DNA of 59,874 nucleotides, taken from positions 1 to 59,874 of IMG/VR virus record IMGVR_UViG_3300020045_005987; one strand, given 5' to 3'. The stretch is from a virus (taxonomy: Duplodnaviria; Caudoviricetes). The notes beneath the pieces were generated by a model that was not told the origin of the DNA, searched no databases, and saw only the letters and a program-made list of their open reading frames with translations. The position numbers and the translations under genes were made by a program. Position 1 is the stretch's first letter. Every line of letters begins with the position of its first letter. Below are positions 56,440 to 59,874 of the stretch, piece by piece.

Positions 56440-57245
56440 ACAGTAGAATTTTCCTGAACTTTGATGAGAAGTTATATGAGTACGGTGAACGCGCTCAGAA
56501 TTTTACCTATCCCCGCAGGGCGCAATTGCTTACCCATCCAGAGATGACAGCCGGTCCAAAGCGTCAGAATCTCTTGGATTTCACTAATGTCGCAATATAC
56601 AATCCTGTTACTGGCAGGATGGTCTTGGGAGATCCGGATGTACGGCAGTATCATGTTGTTACCGGCCAGACTGACGTTTCGCTATATCCAGAGATCGAGG
56701 AATGGTATTTTAGTCTGTACGAGGAAACTGCTCCGGTCGGCCAGTCCTTGACAGATACAAAGAAATACTATGCCGATGCTACAATGGGATCAAAAGCTTG
56801 TTTCAACAAGCATTCATGGGATGATGGATGGCGCTCGGTGATCCTGCAAGAGAACATGCAAAATGAAAGTCTGCGTGCACAACCAACTATTTTCCGAGGA
56901 TGGACGATTGAAGTTTTGCGTGCTCCGTTTTTGGTCGGTAACGTGGAAAAGCAATGGCGGGTTGCGTTCAGAGTGTTGAACATAAACAGGCCGCAAGATT
57001 TTCTGAATATGCGGTATTCTGATCCACGTAATCGCATCTACATGGGGCCGATGATAAATTGGCGGGTTGAATCTCGCACCGTCCGAGGAGCGAAGCCTAG
57101 TAACCCGATAGGCCGTGGAGAACCGTTTCCGGGCAATGCTCCGCATATTCTTATTTCGAATAAAGACGAGGCTCAGATTGAATTATCAGAAATTCGTTGG
57201 CTGTCAGATGACAGTATCCCAAATCCGTATTGGAGTGAAACATAA
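56436..57245 (+). CDS. Hypothetical protein in lysis module
   Basis: ATGA-coupled to lysin. Confidence 0.75.
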   Translation: MNSRIFLNFDEKLYEYGERAQNFTYPRRAQLLTHPEMTAGPKRQNLLDFTNVAIYNPVTGRMVLGDPDVRQYHVVTGQTDVSLYPEIEEWYFSLYEETAPVGQSLTDTKKYYADATMGSKACFNKHSWDDGWRSVILQENMQNESLRAQPTIFRGWTIEVLRAPFLVGNVEKQWRVAFRVLNINRPQDFLNMRYSDPRNRIYMGPMINWRVESRTVRGAKPSNPIGRGEPFPGNAPHILISNKDEAQIELSEIRWLSDDSIPNPYWSET

Positions 57246-57523
57246 TGGCATTATCCACATCAGACAAAGTTTTCAATGGCGAGATTCTCGCGTCCGCGCG
57301 CGAGAAACTAAAAGGTATTAAGGAGGCAAAACGCATTTCCAAGAAAGACAGAGTCTTTGCAGAGGTATTGGATTTAATTGTAATGTTCATGCAGGAGGAT
57401 CATCCAAAGACAAAGCAAATGTATTCCACCTATCGCCCGATGGTTATAGTTGGAATGATTGCCATAACTGCAATTGTTACAGGATTGGCAACTGGTAAAA
57501 TTAGTATAAGTTTTTCCCCGTAA
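57245..57523 (+). CDS. C-terminal TM protein (holin-like)
   Basis: One C-terminal TM. Confidence 0.55.
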   Translation: MALSTSDKVFNGEILASAREKLKGIKEAKRISKKDRVFAEVLDLIVMFMQEDHPKTKQMYSTYRPMVIVGMIAITAIVTGLATGKISISFSP

Positions 57524-57565
57524 ATCACAGTTGTATCTGTGGTCAAATTAAAAGGAGCATAAAAA

Positions 57566-57883
57566 ATGATTGAGTTGATTGAATTGTTTTCGAATTTGTG
57601 GGTTGCCATCAGTGGCGCGACCCCGGAAGCCATTGTAAAGGCTTTGTTCGTTCTGGTTGCCATCTTTGTCCTGCGTTTGGTCAAAGTGCTTCCAGATTCA
57701 AAATGGGCACGTGCGACGAATGTGGTCATGTCGGTTCTGCTTAGTGGTATCACCAATTCAACTGCCACGCCGCAGGAAGTCGCGGTGTTGACCCTGACCA
57801 TGGCGTTCTCGTCAGGTTTATGGGATTTGATCGCGGTGATCTATGCGGCCAAGTCCGGCAAGCCTAAACCATTTTCGACCTAA
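57566..57883 (+). CDS. Probable holin (2-3 TM)
   Basis: AAGGAG; hydrophobic helices, SGLWD, basic tail. Confidence 0.65.
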   Translation: MIELIELFSNLWVAISGATPEAIVKALFVLVAIFVLRLVKVLPDSKWARATNVVMSVLLSGITNSTATPQEVAVLTLTMAFSSGLWDLIAVIYAAKSGKPKPFST

Positions 57884-57890
57884 GTTAAAC

Positions 57891-57923
57891 AAATCAGGAC
57901 ACGTCGCAAGCGTGTCCTGATTT
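57891..57923 (+). terminator. Intrinsic terminator ending late operon
   Basis: aaatcaggacacg/cgtgtcctgattt. Confidence 0.8.
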
Positions 57924-58457
57924 AGTTCATGCCAATGTAGGTACGTACTCATCTCTTTTCGGTATCTAGTGGCGAGAAGATTATAAACGAATTTAGTCCG
58001 GACTAAATAAATTGGTCCGGACATTTTCGTTAAAAACCTCTTGGAGAAAAGTTCAAGTAACTTCCCTGAACATTAGAATAACATTAGAAATATTTTGGCT
58101 GTTTTGGCTTGGATTGTTCGAACTCTCGAAACACCGGAAAACATGCTCTAAATCGCGTCAGGAACGCCGTAGCTAAACGAATCAATAAAAACCATACAAT
58201 CTATCATCCTTTAGATTTTGACGCGTCTTTAATGTAATTCTCATAATTAGTAAATTGGTCTTTCTAAACCCTTGACTTAATTTGGATTTATAAGTAAGTC
58301 CCTTGATATTGATTATAGCATTGAAGACAGATTCTCATAAAACTATTGACTTTAAATTTGACCTATATTAGAGATAACATTATAATTATTTAATAATTAT
58401 TAAATGCCCGCGACGTGGATGTCCGGGCAAATGACCCTAGTACTTGGAGGTACTAAG

Positions 58458-59042
58458 ATGAAAAAGATTATAACAAAGATTGTAAAGAATTGTGCTACAT
58501 GTGGTAATAAATTTTACGTATTCGACAACGCGACAGGTAAATTACAAAAATATTGTAGTATTGAATGTCGTAATGAAATGGCTGGTCGTCGTAATAAGAA
58601 GGGTAATTTAGTTGAAAGGAAATGCGCTAATTGTGAGGAATCATTTATTCCAAAAGTTTCGAATCAAAGATTTTGTTCAACTGATTGTAGGATCATAGAT
58701 GAAAAGAAGGGTTATTTTATTATTTATGAACGTGACCAATTTAGATGTATTTATTGTGGCAGAAGTCCAATTATAGATAATGTCTCATTGCATGTTGACC
58801 ACATAATTTCTGTAGTTGATGGTGGGAAGGATATTTCATTCAATTTAGTTACTGCTTGTAGCCAATGCAATTTATTAAAGTCTGACATTAAACTGAAACC
58901 AGAATCTATTGTACTAATTCAAAATGAAGTTAAAAGAAGAAATTTGATTTCAGGAATTAATGATTTACAAACCATAAAACTTTTTATGGGAGCAGAAAGA
59001 AGATTAGTCAAATCTCTTGACAGGAAAATCCTGACCGGATAG
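58458..59042 (+). CDS. HNH endonuclease with N-terminal Zn-finger repeats
   Basis: RD.FRC.YCG, LHVDH, GG...NLVTAC..CN..K; AT-rich. Confidence 0.9.
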   Translation: MKKIITKIVKNCATCGNKFYVFDNATGKLQKYCSIECRNEMAGRRNKKGNLVERKCANCEESFIPKVSNQRFCSTDCRIIDEKKGYFIIYERDQFRCIYCGRSPIIDNVSLHVDHIISVVDGGKDISFNLVTACSQCNLLKSDIKLKPESIVLIQNEVKRRNLISGINDLQTIKLFMGAERRLVKSLDRKILTG

Positions 59043-59045
59043 ACT
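59017..59045 (+). promoter_or_regulatory. Sigma70-type promoter
   Basis: TTGACA-17-TAGACT. Confidence 0.75.
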
Positions 59046-59079
59046 TAGAAAAAATATCCTAAACACATAAGGAGATAAA

Positions 59080-59451
59080 ATGAAAAGAAATATTTTTGGC
59101 AATCCGAAACTTGGTGCAATTCTGCACTACATTCACAAGTATTCCAATGAGCACAAATTCCCGCCCTGCATTCGCGAGATCCGTGCCGACTGCGATATAA
59201 GTTCAACTTCGGTTGTAAACTATTATCTGGATCATCTTGTCAAAGAAGGATACCTGACCAGAGAGAAGTTTATTTTCAGAGGGCTTGGGTTGACCCAAAA
59301 AGGATTTGCTTATGTGGGCGTCAAGATGATCGAGTGCCCTGTCTGTGGAAGCCACGTCGAGCAATCCGCTATTTCCGGGAAACATCCCACAAAAGCAGAT
59401 AATCGCCGGTCTGTTAATCTTGTTGGTGTAACAGGTTTGACACTCGAATGA
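59080..59451 (+). CDS. LexA DNA-binding-domain protein lacking protease domain
   Basis: FPPCIREI...ISSTSVVNYYL..L..EGYL.R; C-terminal CPVCG. Confidence 0.85.
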   Translation: MKRNIFGNPKLGAILHYIHKYSNEHKFPPCIREIRADCDISSTSVVNYYLDHLVKEGYLTREKFIFRGLGLTQKGFAYVGVKMIECPVCGSHVEQSAISGKHPTKADNRRSVNLVGVTGLTLE

Positions 59452-59474
59452 AATAAAATAAATAGGAGGTTGAA

Positions 59475-59696
59475 ATGACTGATTTGTTTTATCAGGGGCA
59501 TGTGTATGTGGACACTGGCGAGACTCCCTGTCCTCGCGAGGGGTGGGAGGATGGGTTAGTTGCCACCCAAACAGAAGATGGGACACCTGCTTGGTGGCAG
59601 GATGGGCATTTGTTTGTGCTTGATAAAGACCAGTCTGTGGACGTTCCAGTGTTTGCAAAATGGGCTGGTGTTATTAAACGCACTGTTGCTGGTTAA
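59475..59696 (+). CDS. Hypothetical protein
   Basis: AGGAGG RBS. Confidence 0.7.
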   Translation: MTDLFYQGHVYVDTGETPCPREGWEDGLVATQTEDGTPAWWQDGHLFVLDKDQSVDVPVFAKWAGVIKRTVAG

Positions 59697-59762
59697 ATAT
59701 GAGTTCAGCACTGCTCGGCGAGCACGAAGAACAAGAGCGTGGCCCCGCTCGCTGGACGCCGA

Positions 59763-59874
59763 ATGGGTAAGCAATTGCGCCCTGCGGGGATAGGTAAAAT
59801 TCTGAGCGCGTTCACCGTACTCATATAACTTCTCATCAAAGTTCAGGAAAATTCTACTGTTCATATCCTGACAT
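59763..59874 (-). repeat. Exact 112-bp inverted copy of 56426-56537
   Basis: Direct comparison; sits at contig end. Confidence 0.9.

Larger units (their letters stand above)
1..59874 (+). mobile_element. Tailed dsDNA bacteriophage genome (siphovirus-like), near complete
   Basis: Ordered terminase, portal, MuF, scaffold, capsid, neck, tail tube, chaperone, tape measure, Dit, tail tip and lysin genes plus replication genes; all on + strand; no host genes seen. Confidence 0.97.

Noticed and set aside
59556-59864. Minus-strand 102-aa ORF as a second copy of the 56436 gene
   Set aside because: It arises only from the terminal inverted duplicate; identity stops after about 34 codons
1-59874. Numerous minus-strand and alternate-frame ORFs in the track
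   Set aside because: They are shadows of + strand genes, without RBS or motifs
1-59874. CRISPR array, tRNA, DGR/reverse transcriptase, integrase
   Set aside because: No repeat-spacer array, cloverleaf, RT motif or recombinase motif seen by eye
59763-59874. True inverted terminal repeat of a linear genome
   Set aside because: Its partner is internal (56426), not at the other end

Overview
This window is a largely complete (about 60 kb) tailed dsDNA phage genome of siphovirus type, with essentially all real genes on the + strand. The early and middle region (1-27.6 kb) holds an HTH replication initiator with internal iterons, a DnaB helicase, several HNH/EndoVII nucleases, an intein-containing MoxR-type AAA+ ATPase paired with a VWA protein, a possible Cas2/PaaX-fold protein, methyltransferases and many unknown genes. 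Packaging and head genes follow (28-41.6 kb), then neck and tail (41.6-54.6 kb, with a -1 frameshifted tail chaperone), lysis (GH25-NAGPA endolysin, holin candidates), an HNH and a LexA-type DNA-binding protein lacking the protease domain. I see no integrase, DNA polymerase, tRNA, CRISPR array or reverse transcriptase. A Chloroflexota (Anaerolineae-like) host is an inference only. The most interesting signals are non-coding. (i) A CATCCA motif sits just upstream of the Shine-Dalgarno (SD) of at least 10 early/middle genes, and a ~70-nt candidate sRNA with its own promoter and terminator begins with the exact complement (UGGAUGA). (ii) There are several multi-stem structured RNAs, including a ~235-nt promoter-driven element in the head module. 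(iii) There are two palindromic operator families. (iv) Degenerate attC-like sites overlap small genes at both window ends. (v) Many genes survive only as N- plus C-terminal stubs. The last 112 bp are an inverted copy of 56426-56537, probably an artefact. All protein family calls come from motif recognition by eye, not from database searches.
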